A DNA stretch of 64,000 bases. It comes from the human T2T-CHM13v2.0 reference genome, Homo sapiens. This document shows, in pieces, positions 42,222-56,837 of this stretch. The position numbers were made by a program, and so were the translations under genes. The stretch's first letter is position 1. Each line of letters starts with the position of its first letter. The stretch lies in NCBI RefSeq assembly GCF_009914755.1, contig NC_060935.1; one strand, written 5' to 3'. The notes beneath the pieces are model-generated. The model was not told the origin of the DNA and did no database searches. It worked only from the letters and a program-made list of their open reading frames with translations.

Positions 42222-43829
42222 TGTTTCCTCCCAAATATTTAAATAATTATGCCAATCACAGTCATTAAATAGTGCTTCTTCCTCCTGAATTTATATCATA
42301 TTCATTAGAGGCTAGCATTTGTTTATCAGCCTAATATCTGATTTTATTATTCTGCCTATAGCTTTTGGAATCAGTACAAAACTTTTAAGCATTGTGCCCT
42401 TTTAATACATTTTAATATTTGGTGAAGGAAATGCTCCATAATTCTTCTCCCTTGTCCAAACCTCATAGGCTATTTGCACAGCCTTATTCTTATGCCTAGT
42501 AATGTGTTTTAATGACTAAGCAGGTTTCTTTCTGTAAAAGCATTTAATCTTTTGTGAGTGGGGTAATCTAGGAACCATATAAATTCTAGACATTAATAAC
42601 TCGGGATTAGTCGGAAAATGATCATTTGAATTATGACCCTTCAACACTGAAGACATCTGCATTACACAATCTAAGATGTAAATGGAAAACCTGCAACTGA
42701 CATCACAAATGCTTTTTTCCTTTCATCTTAAGTTATTTGTTCCTCTTTTTTCTTCCTGCCAACTGGGCTTCCCCTCCAAAGTCCCTTTCATTCCAATTTG
42801 GCTAATCCTTTCCAACTGCAGGAAGCGCAGAGATGTGTAAGACCTCCCCCAGCAAGTTGATCTCTGCTGACTGCAGCCTGCCAGGTCCCAGCAAGCTGTC
42901 TTCTGGCTCCTTTGTATTTGCCAACGCAAACTTCTGTGGGTTTTTTTGTTGTTGTTGTTGCATTCTAACAGGAATGCTTTTGCTATGCCATGGAATCTCT
43001 GGCAGATAACTTCAAATATTGTCTCTTTGAAAGCTTAGCAAACTGATGCTCAATTCAACTGTATCTGAAAACCAAAATGAGCGCCATTATTTTGAATTGT
43101 TTATCTTGAAAAATTATGCTTTTATTTATTTTTTGAAGGTTAGAGAAAAAGAGCAAAAATCCAATACAATCTCTAAAATAAATAGGACCTTTATCTCTAG
43201 GCTTTTTCTGTAATCAAATGTTCTCACATGCCGGTTCTATTTTAAACTTCTAATTAATTAGCTCAGGAATTATAATAACCTCAGATTTTAGTCTCTGCAA
43301 TAATATGTGGCCCTGTTTAATTATTTACTTAGTATTTAAAATATTAAGAGTTGTTACTGGAAGAAGACTATTGAATAAACTAGTAGAATGAAATCTCTAT
43401 TTCAAAAGCAAATTGTTTAAAGAAAATCTTAAAAACTTCTGACAATTCCCATCTCATACAAAATATTACAATTGTTTCTTTCTCATTGGGAATTAGAAAA
43501 ACGGTAAACTGTGATGTCCACTGAAAAATAAAATAAAAACAATATATGATTTAGTTTATACATCCACTTGAATTTCTTACAGAAGCCAGAAGAGGGCAGA
43601 AGATGCTGCATATAGGACCATATTTGCATTAAAAAAAGTTTCTTTGAATTAAGATCCAAAATTCCATTTCAGAAAAAAAGGAAAACATGTTAGATATGGC
43701 TAGTTTTAAGAGATCATGGCTGAATCAGAATGGGGCACATTACACAATGTGGCAAGTGTGTTTTATACCCACTTCAGCCAACTCACCTCAACTCTTTTTT
43801 TCTGAACCCAACTGTTTAATAAAAACAGT

Positions 43830-44060
43830 AAGAATCAACATGTATTCAGTCATTATATCTGCTACTTTATATTACTATTCTTTGTTTAAATCTACACAGT
43901 TGAGGTTCTATTATTGCTCCCATTTTGCAGATGGAGAAACTTAAGTCAGGAGACATTAAGTCACGGACAGTGTTAACACAGCTGTAAATCACAGCACTTG
44001 GTTTTAAATTTAAGCATATGGACTCCAAAGACTACATTCTTATCTATTGCAATACTTCTT
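43830..44060 (-). mobile_element. MIR
   Basis: ctccattttgcagatggagaaacttaag. Confidence 0.7.
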
Positions 44061-44624
44061 GCAGAATAATGATCATATGATCTTTGCAATGCTATCAGGT
44101 AAAATGACCTACTTTTTAGGGCTTCAGTCTTAAATCCTAGAAACAAATTGATCCTTTTTGTCTTTACTGTCTGGCATGAATATTTTAAGAACTGTATTTA
44201 AAAGCAAGGACAAACCCAATTTAAAGTTAACCCTGAACACAGAGCCTGCTATGAGTAACTGTGAAGTTTGTGGTTTCACTCCTTTTTCTATCTCGTCTGC
44301 AGTGCTGTGCTCCCCCCTTGCAGCTCCTATTCTTAGCAGCAGCGTGGAGTGTCCTCCTGCTGGCTCCCCATTTCCTTGTATTAGAATGACGTTCAGTTAA
44401 CTGCCAGCCTGCCTGGACCTGATAAATTAATTTTCAGCTTTTAATGTCATTCTTGTCTGGCATATTTGCATTTGAAGAAAGACCAATCCCTTGACATTTA
44501 TAGGCAAACTATTTTATCAGATGGCAGGATTTTAGTTGGAGTGGTGAGGATGGAAGAGGGTGACAGGCATTATACAATGATGTGTTGGGTGATGGCAATA
44601 TAAGGCAATGAGGATACTCCCAAA

Positions 44625-44985
44625 GACAAAGACAGAGGTAGAGAGAGAGAATAAGAGAGAAAAGAAGAGACAGAGAGAGACAGGAACTTGTGTGGTCTCA
44701 TCAACAATATATACACGGAAAGTCGAAAGCAATAAAATGGGTTATTGAATTCCTTTCATTTTTAATTATGTCTTTTAGTTATTTTACCGTAACTGTTCTA
44801 TGCCATTGCATATTGTTTTTGTTTATCTTAATTATGAAGTGAAGGTGGGGTGGAGGAAAAAATGAAAGGCTGAAAGGGAAGATGAGGAGATGAGAGAGAG
44901 AATGGGGGTGAGTGGGAAGAGAAGAAATGAATAAGAGAAGGAGGAGAAGAAGAGGAAGAGGAGAAGGGGAAGCACAAAAGAGAAA
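44625..44985. repeat. GA-rich low-complexity tracts
   Basis: gagagagagaataagagag...ggaggagaagaagagg. Confidence 0.75.
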
Positions 44986-45032
44986 ACAGTCCTTTGGAAT
45001 CATAGAATAGAACAACTTAGATTGAAATGTGA

Positions 45033-45380
<348 letters not shown>

Positions 45381-46015
45381 TGGGTTTTCTAATCTCTAAA
45401 CTGGGACTTGTAATCTACTTACCCTCCAGAGTGACTGAAAGTATTATACGAGAAAAAACTATACAAGAATATCACACACACACGCACGCACACACACACT
45501 TAGAATAACTCCTGGCACACAGTAAGCACTTGATGAATGCTAGTGATTATTATTATTATTATATTATAGCTCCTATAACCCTTAATAATAGTCAAAACTC
45601 TATATAAATCTATTTCCCCTTGCACCACAAAAGAAAAACCAAGTCATTTTGCAGAACTGTAAATGTACCAAATTAAATGCCCAGGCATAGGAATTAGGGT
45701 AAGCAATATCTCGCTACAAAATTGGCACTCAATATCTCTCAGCACATAATCCTTACCATCAAAGGAATGAGCTACCTAAAATAAGCACATTAGTCAGCTA
45801 CCAGAGACAAGCAATGTTAATATCTACAGCAAGCTACAAATTATCTAACAACCACAACACATGTTTTAGAGGAAAATATCAGAGTAAAGAAAATCAGACT
45901 TTAATGGTGCAAGGCTCAAGCTCCAGTTAGTTTTCACTGACTACTCAGGAGAAGGCTGAACTCAGATAGCTCTGGGAAAGGAACTGGGAAGTGGGGAGAA
46001 GTATTTTCTCTTTCC

Positions 46016-46755
46016 TGTTAGCGGCAGAACATATCTAAGAACCGGCCCCAAAGTATTTTACCAGCGAGGAATCCATACAGTGCTGAGGCAACCTCAATTC
46101 TTGCCTCCTCAGAAGAAAGAATTTGGCTGAGGGGCAGAAGGAGAGACTAAGGCAAGTTTTAGAACAGGAGTGAAAGTTTAATGAAAAGCTTTAAAGCAGG
46201 AACAAAAAAAGAGGCAAGTACACTTGGAAAAGGGCCAAGTAGGCGACTTGAAAGAGAAGTGTGCATTTGGACCTTTTGACTTGGGATCTTACACGTTGGC
46301 TTACTTCTGGGGTCTTGACATTCCTTCTGCCTTGATTCTTGCGTTGGGGTGGCTGTCTGCATGCATAGTGGCCTGCTGGCACATGGGAGGTGACCATGTG
46401 CAATGTGTTACTGGAGTTGTCCGCATGCTCGCTTTAGGCGTTCTTCCCTTTCCGGTCAAACGTCCCTAGGAGGTGACATACCTGTTGAACTCCACCATTT
46501 TGCCTCTCAGTGTGCATGCGTGAGCCCGCTCACCCAGTTCCTGAGGTCTTATCGGGAAGCTGCTGATTGCCAGTTTCAGGTGTTTCCATCTGTTGGGAGA
46601 CTGCCTTTCCCTGGCACCAGCTGCAACCAATTATTATTTTAGAGAGACAGTTTGACAACTGCCTGACCATCACTTGATAGCCGCCTGACTTTCCTGGTGG
46701 GGGGTTGCGGGGAGCTCTCTCCTGCCCTGCTCATGCCTGACTACTTACTATAACA
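46016..46755 (-). mobile_element. MER50 ERV1 solo LTR
   Basis: tgtta...taaca termini; caacctcaattcttgcctcctcagaagaaagaattt motif; 4-bp TSD ttcc/gtcc. Confidence 0.85.
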
Positions 46756-47119
46756 GTCCTATTTATATTTGTATATAAAGTGACATATCGAAATGTATTT
46801 AATAAATTAATAAGTTTAATACATTTTGAGTATGGTAGTTTTTCGGGTTTCACACCCATCTTAATAAAAATTTAAAATATAAGCCAATATTTTTCAGAAA
46901 CAAACAACCAACAATACTGTCCTGATCATCACTACCGACTCATCTCCTTAACCAGTGTAAAGGATTTATTAGAAAAATTTATGGTTTTAGAGATTTGAAT
47001 CAGGGAGAAAACACTTTGAAATTATATTTTCTAATATTTTCATTTTGAGCACAAAGAAACCTGGTTAAATGACTAACCAAACTTATTCCTACCATTAGTT
47101 AATTTTTCCCATTAATCAT

Positions 47120-47850
47120 AGTTTTATTGCACTGCTTGCCAGCTCTGTTCACAGTGCCCATGGCCTGGTGTATGTCTTAGTCTCCTCTTGCTTGAATACT
47201 GTAGAACAGTTCTATCTTAACTCCCTGTAACCCATTTTTTCTTTTTAACTCCCTGTAACCCACTTTTCTTTCTGGTGTCCACCCATGAGTTCAAATGGTT
47301 TTCCTTAAGTACATATCTAATCTTGAACCTCTGACTGGTAGAAACACTTGAATGACTCCCCCAAAATACTCAACATATAGTCAATATTATTTAACATGAC
47401 ACTTAAGGCCATATGCATTGCATATTCTGTTAACGTCTTCCTCACAACCACTCTTCTATCCCCTGTCCTTCAGCCTCCCTGAGCTACAGGCAGTTCCCCA
47501 ACAAGCCAGACCTCTTTCTCCTGAGCCTGGCATTACCTGTCATTACCTGGCATTTTGCTCTTTCTGCCTAGGTATCTCCTATGCTCTTAGCATGAGTTTA
47601 TATTTCCAAAGTTAAGAAGTCAGCTCCTATTCACTCTTTTGACTGGCTTAGGGTTCTTCTGTTGTGTTCCCATGTATTTTTGTTAATATGTAGTATTGAT
47701 TACATCTGAGTGTAAAAGCCTCTGATTTTTCTTTTTTCCTCTGGATTTTCAGCTCACTGAAGGTAGAAACTGCATCTTATTCAGCAATATAGTCCCAATT
47801 CCTAGAACAAAGCCTGGCACAGAGTGAAAGTTCATTAACATTTTTAATCA
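47120..47850 (+). mobile_element. L2
   Basis: agctcactgaaggtagaaactgcatcttattc...cctagaacaaagcctggcacagag. Confidence 0.65.
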
Positions 47851-48299
47851 GATGCCAATCTTCTAACTCCTAGGCCTGAGATATTCTGGTATTTCGTCAT
47901 ATCACCCTAGTACTTCATTACCTACTATTTGCTTCATGTGAATTAGTCATAGCTCATCAATTGCACGGTAAGCAACTTGAGGGAAGAGATAGTGTTTTAC
48001 TTATCTTTTTTTTTATCTCCTTCAGGGCCAAGTCTATAATAGACAGCTTGCAATTGTTAAAGAAATTTATTTATTGATGTACTTATCTTTTACCCAAGAA
48101 AAACTCTCTTTATACATAGATTCTTAGGAAGAATGGAATATGAGAGAGAGACAAAGTGCACACCCTGCTCCTGCTCTGGTTTAAATGAGATATGCGAATT
48201 TCCATCCATCTCCCCCACCATCCCCCAACCCCCTTACCCACACACGTACACAATTGAGCTTGGGGAAGCTCAAAAGAGCTTGTGAAGAACACAATTCTA

Positions 48300-48520
48300 A
48301 AGTTGTGTTCTTCAAACTGTGGGTCACAGTCCCATTAGAGAAGAGTAGTATTAATTTATTGAGTCACAACTTGCACTTAGAAAATTCAAAAGAGTATTGA
48401 GTTTTATATATGTAGTAAAGACAGTATTGCTGAGGCAAATCATTCTTCAATTGTTATCCAACAATACATGAGCATTTACTTATTGTGCTTCCCAGTCATA
48501 AAAATGTTTGAAATCCACTA
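48300..48520. mobile_element. hAT-Charlie miniature element (MER112-like)
   Basis: Terminal inverted repeats ttcttcaaactgtgggtc / gtttgaaatccact. Confidence 0.5.
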
Positions 48521-48566
48521 ATTTAAAGTGCTCCTTAAAGTCTAGGTTAAAATGTCTGGTGTAGTA

Positions 48567-48740
48567 CAGTTGTTCCAAACATTGGCTCATATCAGGAAGA
48601 ACTGACTGATGAAAATACAGAGTCCCAGATCCTATTGCAGCAGATTCTCATTCATTAGGCTGAGGTTAGGCCCAGGCATGTCTATTTTCATTGAGCTTCC
48701 TAGGTCATCGTGAAGCACATGCACATTTAAAAACCACTGG
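48567..48740. mobile_element. MER5-family hAT element
   Basis: cagttgttccaaac...ggcccaggcatgtctatttt...aaaaccactg. Confidence 0.7.
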
Positions 48741-49214
48741 GATAGAGGAAAGGGCACATATAGAACTGGAGTGCTAGAGCCGGAAGGAGTTTGAAATTGT
48801 CACCCTCCCCGATGTTTGAATATAAACCCTCTGTTTGGAAATCCTCCTAAGACAAGGCAAAAAATCCATTCTTTTTGTTGTTGTTTCCTTTGCTGTGCAG
48901 AAGCTCAAAATATTTACATTTTTTAAGGTATCGTTCTAAATGGAATGGTTATTACCCACTGACTAGTTCCCTCTTATTCTGGGATATCAAATCCTTGTTT
49001 GCTTTTTTTGTTGTTGTTGTTGGTCATTTTATTTTATTTTAGATTTGAGAGTGTACATGTGCAGGTTTGTTAACATGGATCTACTGTGTAATGGTGAGAT
49101 CAAACATGTATTTTCATGTTTTAAATTGCTGTGCTGTGTAACCTTTTGGAAGACCCTTGAATTTTTTACCACAAGTCTTATCCTAGGTCCCCTTCTCCTC
49201 TCACATTTTTTTCC

Positions 49215-50190
49215 GCTTTATTAACATATAATTGACTAATAAAATTGTGTATATTTAAGTGTACAATGCAATGATTTGATATACATATACATTGTAAAAT
49301 GATTACCACAATCAAACTAATTAGCATATCCATCATTCCATGTGACTACTTTTTTTAAACGAGAAAACGTAAGATCGACTCTGTTAACAAATTGCAAGTA
49401 TACGATACAGTTTTAATATTATAGTCACCATGCTATACATTAGACCCTCAGAATTTATTCATCTTGTAATTGAAAGCTTGTATGTTTTGACCAATATCTC
49501 TCAACTTCCCCACCCCCAACCCTTTCTGACCCCATTCTACTCTACGTTTCAATAAGTATTACTCTTTAAAAGTTTTTTTTAAAGTTAAGTTTTCACATAT
49601 AAGAGACACCATACAGTATTTGTCTTTCTATTTCTGGCTTATTTTGCTTAGATGAGGGCCTCCACATTCATCAATGTTACTGCAAGTGCCAGGATTTCCT
49701 TCTTCTTTCTTCCTTCTTCCTTCTTTCTTCTTCTTCCTTTTTTTTTTTTTTTCCTGATGGAGTTTCACTCTTGTTGCCCAGGCTGGAGTGCAATGGCACG
49801 ATCTCGGCTCACCACACCTCTGCCTCCTGGGTTCAAGCAATTCTCCTGCCTCGTCCTCCCGAGTAGCTGGGATTACAGGCGCCCGCCACCACACCCGGCT
49901 AATTTTGTGTTTTTAGTAGAGATGGAGTTTCACCATGTTAGCCAGGCTGGTCTCAAACTCCTGACCTCAGGTGATCTACCCACCTTGGCCTCCTAAAGTG
50001 CTGGGATTATAGGCGTGAGCCACCGTGCCTGGCCTTCTTTTTTTAAAAAATAGCTGAATAATATTCATCTCTTTCTGTGTGTGTGTGTGTGTGTGTGTTG
50101 TGTGTATGTATCTCACATTTTCTTTACACAGTCATCTGCTCACAGGCACTCGGGTTGTTTCCATATCTTAGTTATTTTGAATATGACAAT
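49215..50190 (-). mobile_element. L1MA 3' end interrupted by Alu and (TG)n
   Basis: aaattgtgtatatttaagtgtacaatg...gattaccacaatcaaactaattagc. Confidence 0.8.
49738..50034 (-). mobile_element. AluSp/Sq
   Basis: gagtttcactcttgttgcccagg diagnostic. Confidence 0.95.
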
Positions 50191-52321
50191 GCATTTATTC
50201 TAAGGCAGTCCTTCCTGTTTCTGTGTAGCTTCCACCCTTTCTCTTGATTCCTGTTACCTAAGAGGGAAAATTTAATTTTCCTTCCAGTAACAGCTTTTTA
50301 TTTATTGCATAACCAGCCTTGATTTTCTCATCTCTCAAGGCAATTGAAAGAGATTCACAGAAGATCATGTTCAAATATATATGCTTATACATTGTAAAAT
50401 GTAAACTATAATGTTGCGAACAGTTTATTTATAGTAGGAGCTGAGTAAATGTTTTTTCCACTAGCTGAGAGCTGATAACCACTTTTCTTTCTCTCATTCC
50501 AGGCTAAGTATTCCCCTCCTTTTCCTTTCAAAATCAACTACTGGATTAAGCTCCATAAAGCAGGGACCTAGTTTTGTTTACCACATAGCAGTGGGGCTTA
50601 ACATAGTGCCTGCCATTAAGTAACTATCTGTAGAATGAATGAATCCAAAAGTCAGAAACAGATTCCTCTAAATGTGTTATATGTAAATGAACTATGTGTA
50701 TCTCTGAAGACCCTTTTCTTAGTCTCTTAGCTCAGTACTCAATCCTTTAGTGTAGAACTTCAATTATTTTGCTCAATTGGTGCTCATATCTCAGAGGAGA
50801 TAATTGTATGATGGATAGAGCTCTAAACAAGATTTTCACCAGCCCCCAACTTTCCAGCAATCTTTAATGGCACTTGCAGCAAAAAGGGCATAAAAAGCCT
50901 CTCTCATTCACAGTGATCTCAGCAGCTCTTAAATAAACTAAGTGGCCCAGCCGAATACTGAGAAAAGCAAAAGGCATTTTTGTGCACACACTTTTCCCAA
51001 TCACTGGCAAAACTGGATGTAACAACCTGAATTTATTGCTTACTTCCCTAAAAGATGTTTTTGTGTGTTTTGTTTTATTTTGTAAACATGCTCCTTAGAC
51101 AGTGGATTGGGAGAATTTTCAATTATATGTATTTTTATAGATTATCTTCTAAACCTATTAAAATGTTACAGGAGTAATTCTGCTGAAAAGTTTTAAGTGA
51201 TTTCTAGTCCATTATTTTGACTGCAATGCAATAGTGAGTAAACACCAAGACAAAACATCATGCTTTTGATTTTAGCTGCTTTTCAAGCAATTGATCTCTT
51301 TGATTATATTGGTCAAAGACCTGGCTTTTAGGCTGAATCTTGGGCATTTTTCTCTGAGTTACTCTAACACAAAGTTCTCTTTATCTATGGAGTGTGATAA
51401 TTCAAACCTCACTCCTGGCACAAATAGACACACAAAAATATAGAAACAACAGCAAAAATAGTCAACGTCCTGATGACTAAGAGGGTTACTCCCTCAAAGA
51501 AAATTAGAAAGTTATTTTGCATTAAAAAGTTGGGAAGATTTAGAAAAAAACAAAACAAAAAGTTGGGGAGTCATGTCACATCATGTCTCCCCAATTTGTT
51601 CACATTTAAACAGCAGAAGCTAATGCATTTCTGTTCTCCAACTGTTATTTTACCCCACTTTGCCAACTTTGCTTTTAATTTGTTGATTCATTCGTGTTTA
51701 TCTGATAATGGCTTTCAAGGGCTTTCTTTCAATTAAAACATTGGATAAAGGGAATAGGACAAGAAAATTAACTGATCACCTAACATAATGCAAAGTGGTA
51801 GATGCTTTATTGTTGATAAATAAATCATTTAGCTCTCATAACATCTCTACCACATATTATTATGCAAACTATTTAATAACTTTAGCTAAGAGAATATAAG
51901 CAACATTTTCAAGATTCAACAGCTACTAATTCACATAGTTTGAGAATCATGCCAGCAAACAAAGCCAGTGTTAAATGTGCATGTGTGTATATGCACTCAT
52001 GCATGTACATGCTACATAATAGAGCATACATCTGAGTTATTGTGCTGCTAGCTGAAGACTGCTCTTTGCTTTCTACCAAATTTTCTTTGAAATATCTAAA
52101 TTAGGTAGAGGACTGCCTATGAAATTTAATAGGATCCTGTAAAAAATTAAAATACAGGGCCATTTATTTTAAAAAATTATTAAGACAGTGAGATCAGAGA
52201 ATTAAACGAAGTGCCAAGCCATGTGTGACTGAACAGGTCACAAATCCAAAGACAAACCTCCTTGCATAACCAGTTTGGTGTAAGGCACTGAAATAATAGA
52301 AGAGTATAGAGATTCGACTTG

Positions 52322-53070
52322 ATGTATTAATTTGCTCTATTATGCTAGAAAACTATACCCAAATTTCAGGAGCATAAAACAACAGTCACTCCTTACTCCT
52401 TGGTCAATGTCAGCAGTGACTTGCCTAAGCTTGCATTCAAGCTTGTTCTTTGGTCTTCCATTTTGAAACCAAGCCTGAAAGAGCAGCAGGTACCTGGTGC
52501 ATAGTGTTCTCATGGCCATGACAAAGTAGAACTCAAACAACACGAGTGCATTTAAAACACTATTAAATCACATCTGTACACATTTAATGGCTGATATGGT
52601 TTGTCTGTGTCCCCACCCAAATCTCACCTTGAATTATGGCTCCTATAATTCCCACATGTCATGGGAGGGACCTGGTGAGAGTTAATTGAATCATGGGGGC
52701 GGGTCCTTCCCATACTGTTCTCCTGATGGTGAACAAGTCTCATCAGATCTGATGGTTTTATAAAGGGGAATTTTCCTGCACAAGTTTTCTTACCTGCTGC
52801 CACATAAGATGTGACTTTGCTCCTCCTTCGCCTTCTGCCATGACTGTGAGGCCTCCCCAGACATGTGGAACTGTGAGTCAATTAAACCTCTTTCCTTTCC
52901 TTAATTACCCTGTCTTGGGTATGTCTCATTAGCAGTGTGAGAACAGACTAATACAATGGCCAAGCAAAATAACATGTCCAAGCTCAAGGTTGTTGGGGTG
53001 AGGATGAGAATCCCAATTCTATGGAAGAGGAAAAGGGAAATATTTGCTGAATCATAATATGGTCTACCAC
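52322..53070 (-). mobile_element. Old MLT1 LTR interrupted by THE1
   Basis: tgtattaatttgctctatt...cccaaatttcag; aatatttgctgaatcataatatggtctaccaca. Confidence 0.6.
52592..52955 (+). mobile_element. THE1 (B/C-like) solo LTR
   Basis: tgatatggttt...gactaataca; perfect TSD atggc. Confidence 0.93.
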
Positions 53071-54104
53071 AAGTGAGATGTTGCTCTATTGAAAAACTGA
53101 TTATTAAACAATCAAATCAGTGTTTGGAAAAAGTTTGATTCTTTGCTTGAAATTCCTGGCTTGCCACATGCTAAAAACATCAAACTGGATTTCTGGCCTA
53201 TTCTAAGGATAGTAAAGAGACAGGGACCAGGAGAGAGAAAAAAATAGCTTTCAAAGGGGAAGTGCAACCCAAGAAAGATAATCTGTTTCCCCTCTCCAAA
53301 GCTAAGAAATGGAGGAGACCTTTAGGAGACAAATAAGTAAAGTGAGATAAATCTTACGGAAAGAAAGACTAATATTTTATTGACCAATATAATGTCCATG
53401 TTTGTGAACATACCCAGACATGTCTGCAACAGGGAGAAGAGCACGAGAAAGGCATAGTAAAGATGAGAGTTTTAAAGAAGGAAACTACTTTTTCACCACT
53501 TGGCATGACAAGTTACCTAGATCTCCAGCTAGCTAGAGTTTGCACTGCACTACTCCTACCCACAACGAAGGGGCATCTTTTGGATTAGAAGACTGAAACA
53601 AGAGGTTTGAAGAATCACCAATTGGATTCAAGGATGAGGAGAATTAGAGAAGAAGAAGCTGATCAGTCAGATATTTTATGCCAAGGGACTGAGTAGGGAG
53701 AGATCACCAGGGAGTTATGCAAAAGAGCCAACAAATAAACCCTCATGTAGGAGTGAGTAGTTGCGTATTGCCTGTGCAAAGGCAAAGCTAGCCAGTTAGT
53801 GAGTGTGGTATCAACAGACCTCAAAGTACAAACAATAGCCACAGAAGTGAACATCAATTACTACTGAGAAAGGAGGAGACAGTTTACCTTCCATTAGGTA
53901 ATTCTATTTTTCTCCTCACCTTCCCTCTTATTTTTTACACTACATGGGTAACACAAAAAGGAGGATGAACTTATAGAAGGTAGGAAAATAAATGAGATTT
54001 ACATAGCCTTTCTCCATCCCAAACCCTTGGCTAGAACCACAGGTCCAATCTACAGCTGGGTAAATAGAGGAGCTTCAGGTAACATTGGAGAAAAAAATGT
54101 TACA

Positions 54105-54234
54105 TTGGACTTCACAGTCTCCTAAACAGTGACCCAAATAAACTGTTCTTTGTAAGTTACCCATCCGCAGCCAGGTGCGATGGCTCACGCCTGTAATCTC
54201 AGCACTTTGGAAGGCCGAGGCAGGTGGATGACCT
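54105..54234 (+). repeat. 130-bp dispersed duplicate of 57389-57518 (MST LTR-Alu junction)
   Basis: Ungapped alignment at offset 3284, 8 mismatches by eye. Confidence 0.95.
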
Positions 54235-56837
54235 TTTGGATTCATTCAATCAGCAGTCATGGTAGTTGAAATGAGTCAGTTTTAATAACCATATGTGCCT
54301 GTAATGTTATGATATTGGGAAAAGATTTGTCATTAAGAGGCACACCGTGCAACAAGAAAAAGAATTTGACAGAGCCGTTAGTGGCAGCTCTGCATTTTTT
54401 CCTTTACAAAATCTAACAAGTTATGAGATCAAATAAAACAAAAGCAGTTTCAGAGGTCAAAATCAGTGTTTTGCATATCAAATATAGATGACTGAAAATT
54501 ACAAGGTCTTTTTCCTTAGAAGAGCACTGAAGAGAAGAATAAGAGGAGAAGGAGGAGGAAGGAATTGGAAATTATTGAGTGTGTAGTATTCCCGCTGTAA
54601 TAGTATGCAATTTATCATGGAATACAATGATTTCAATTCTTGAAGTAGAAGGTAACAAGCTTGTATAGAATAAGAGGAATAAGAGAGGATTAAGAGAGGG
54701 ATGAGGTTTGGAGTAGACAGTTCTCTACTATAATCTGAGATAGTTCAAGACATGATTGGCTATTAGGTAGATCAATATTAAAATATTCACAAATATTAAA
54801 ATGTTCACAAACAGTTGTTTTATATACATTTGAAGTGGATTCAATCGTATCTCTGAAAAAGTGTCACTCTCACTTTTACATCTATTACAATATGTTATCT
54901 CTAGAGTTAAAGAGAAAGGACTGGTAGTGTTACACCTTGCTTGCCAAGGAGTCCTAGGGACCCTCGCGGGAGTGGGCCACTCAGGTAAACACCATCCATC
55001 ATGGATTTCTCCACAGGAGAGAGTTGAGAACTGCTGCCATAGGTAACCAGCCTCTCACTCTACCACACCCCACACCAGGGCTTGGTCAGTCTGCAATACA
55101 TAACATTTAGGAACGTTAGACCGCAGAGTGGGAATGGATTAGTGTAGGCTTCCTACAGAAGGCATTTTCCTCCAGTTACTTAGATAGTTCTAGTCAATGG
55201 CTTCTCAAACAAGATTGCGACTAATTTGTAAAAGTCAGATATGCAATAATACTATATAACAAATCACCCCAAATCTCAGTGACTCATGATAACAAGCATT
55301 TTATTCACTCTTTCAAAAAACTGCAAGTTGATTGAGATGTTTTTGCTTCAGTCTGCAGGTGAGTTTGTGCAGAGTGAGACTCTATCATAAAGTACAGTGG
55401 TTTGATAAGTAATAGGGAGTCTGCCCTGTGGTACGTGATTGAGAGGAAAACTTAGGATAACTTGGCATAGAAGAACTAATGAATTGGAAGCTGCATGGGT
55501 AAAATGAGGCTTGTACAATGCTTATTTATAGAGTTGAGATAAACTATATTCATTTAAAATCATAAATAGATTTCGTTTGTCAGCAGAATAAGAAAACAGC
55601 CATCCATGAAATATCAAGCACTTAGTTTCTCATTCAATTATTGATTCTGTCATGAAATATTGTACATGTATGTAGCCCAACACATATTGACTATAGAGAG
55701 GCCATGTAATATAGGGAAAAAATTGATATTGATGCTGAATGTAAAATTATTATGTGATACTGTATATGAATGTTATAGTAATTACATAAGTATTATATGA
55801 TTGCATTCCTAATTATGGTCACAGAGATGCAAAAAAATATGAACAGTGAAGTAGGGTAGACCATGCATTGAAGTTGGGTTTAAGCCTTTTTATTTCTGTA
55901 ACTTGGGGAAAGATATTTAACCGAACTGAATCTCCCATCCTATATAATCATTGTTAAAATATTTGGGAGGCAAAGGAAAAAGAAAACCTTGTTTTATTCC
56001 CTATCCCAAGCTTAAGACTGAAAGATAAAAAATGTAATTTGGAAGGTAAAGATGAACATTTTGTAGTGACAAAGTGGACTGGAGGAGGCAGCTTAAATAA
56101 GATGCTATAATTGACTTGTTAACATTTCACCCTGAATGAGACAAATTTGTCTGCCCAGTCATGTACAACAACTTTAGGACTCCCCTAATATCAGTCACTG
56201 CTCCTCTGGCGATTCTCCTGAGACCATTAATAGACAGCAATTTTCACCCCACCTGCCATTAGAAAGCTCAGAAATATTTCAGAACAGCATATTACTTAAC
56301 TCTAAGTCTCTGCTTGCACCCTAGGCTGAAAATTAACACTTGGTTCTATTTCCCATCTCAAAACATGCAGTTAGGTTGTCCAATACATCTCTGATCAGAG
56401 GTTAGGTGATGACTTTAAGTGATAGCATAAATGAATTCAAGTAATACAATTTCAGCAAACTAAAAATTTCCGTTAAATTGAATATAACCTTCTTCCCCTT
56501 ATCAAACTTCTAGGGAAGATTTCTTAAAAATACAAAAAGCTATGTGGTAAGATCCAAGTAAATTCAACCCCACATGTCACATTATCCTTCCCAGTTTCTA
56601 TTTTTTATTTCTATCTTTCACACTCACTCAAATTTCTTGATAGAAGGATGGTTCTTCCAGGGTGGTAACCTAGGCTTTTTTACTGCGTGGGTTCAAATCC
56701 CTTAAAACCTCTAAAATGAAGTGAATTAGATTCCAAGTCTCTTATGCAATTTAAATTTTTTAACTTGCCAATAAAAAAATTAAAGATATTAGAAGGTGGC
56801 AAATGTAGTACATAGTATTATAAGAAGATATTATATA

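Noticed and set aside
56684-56701. gcgtgggttcaaatccc, like a tRNA T-arm or B-box
   Set aside because: No acceptor stem, D-arm or anticodon arm around it.
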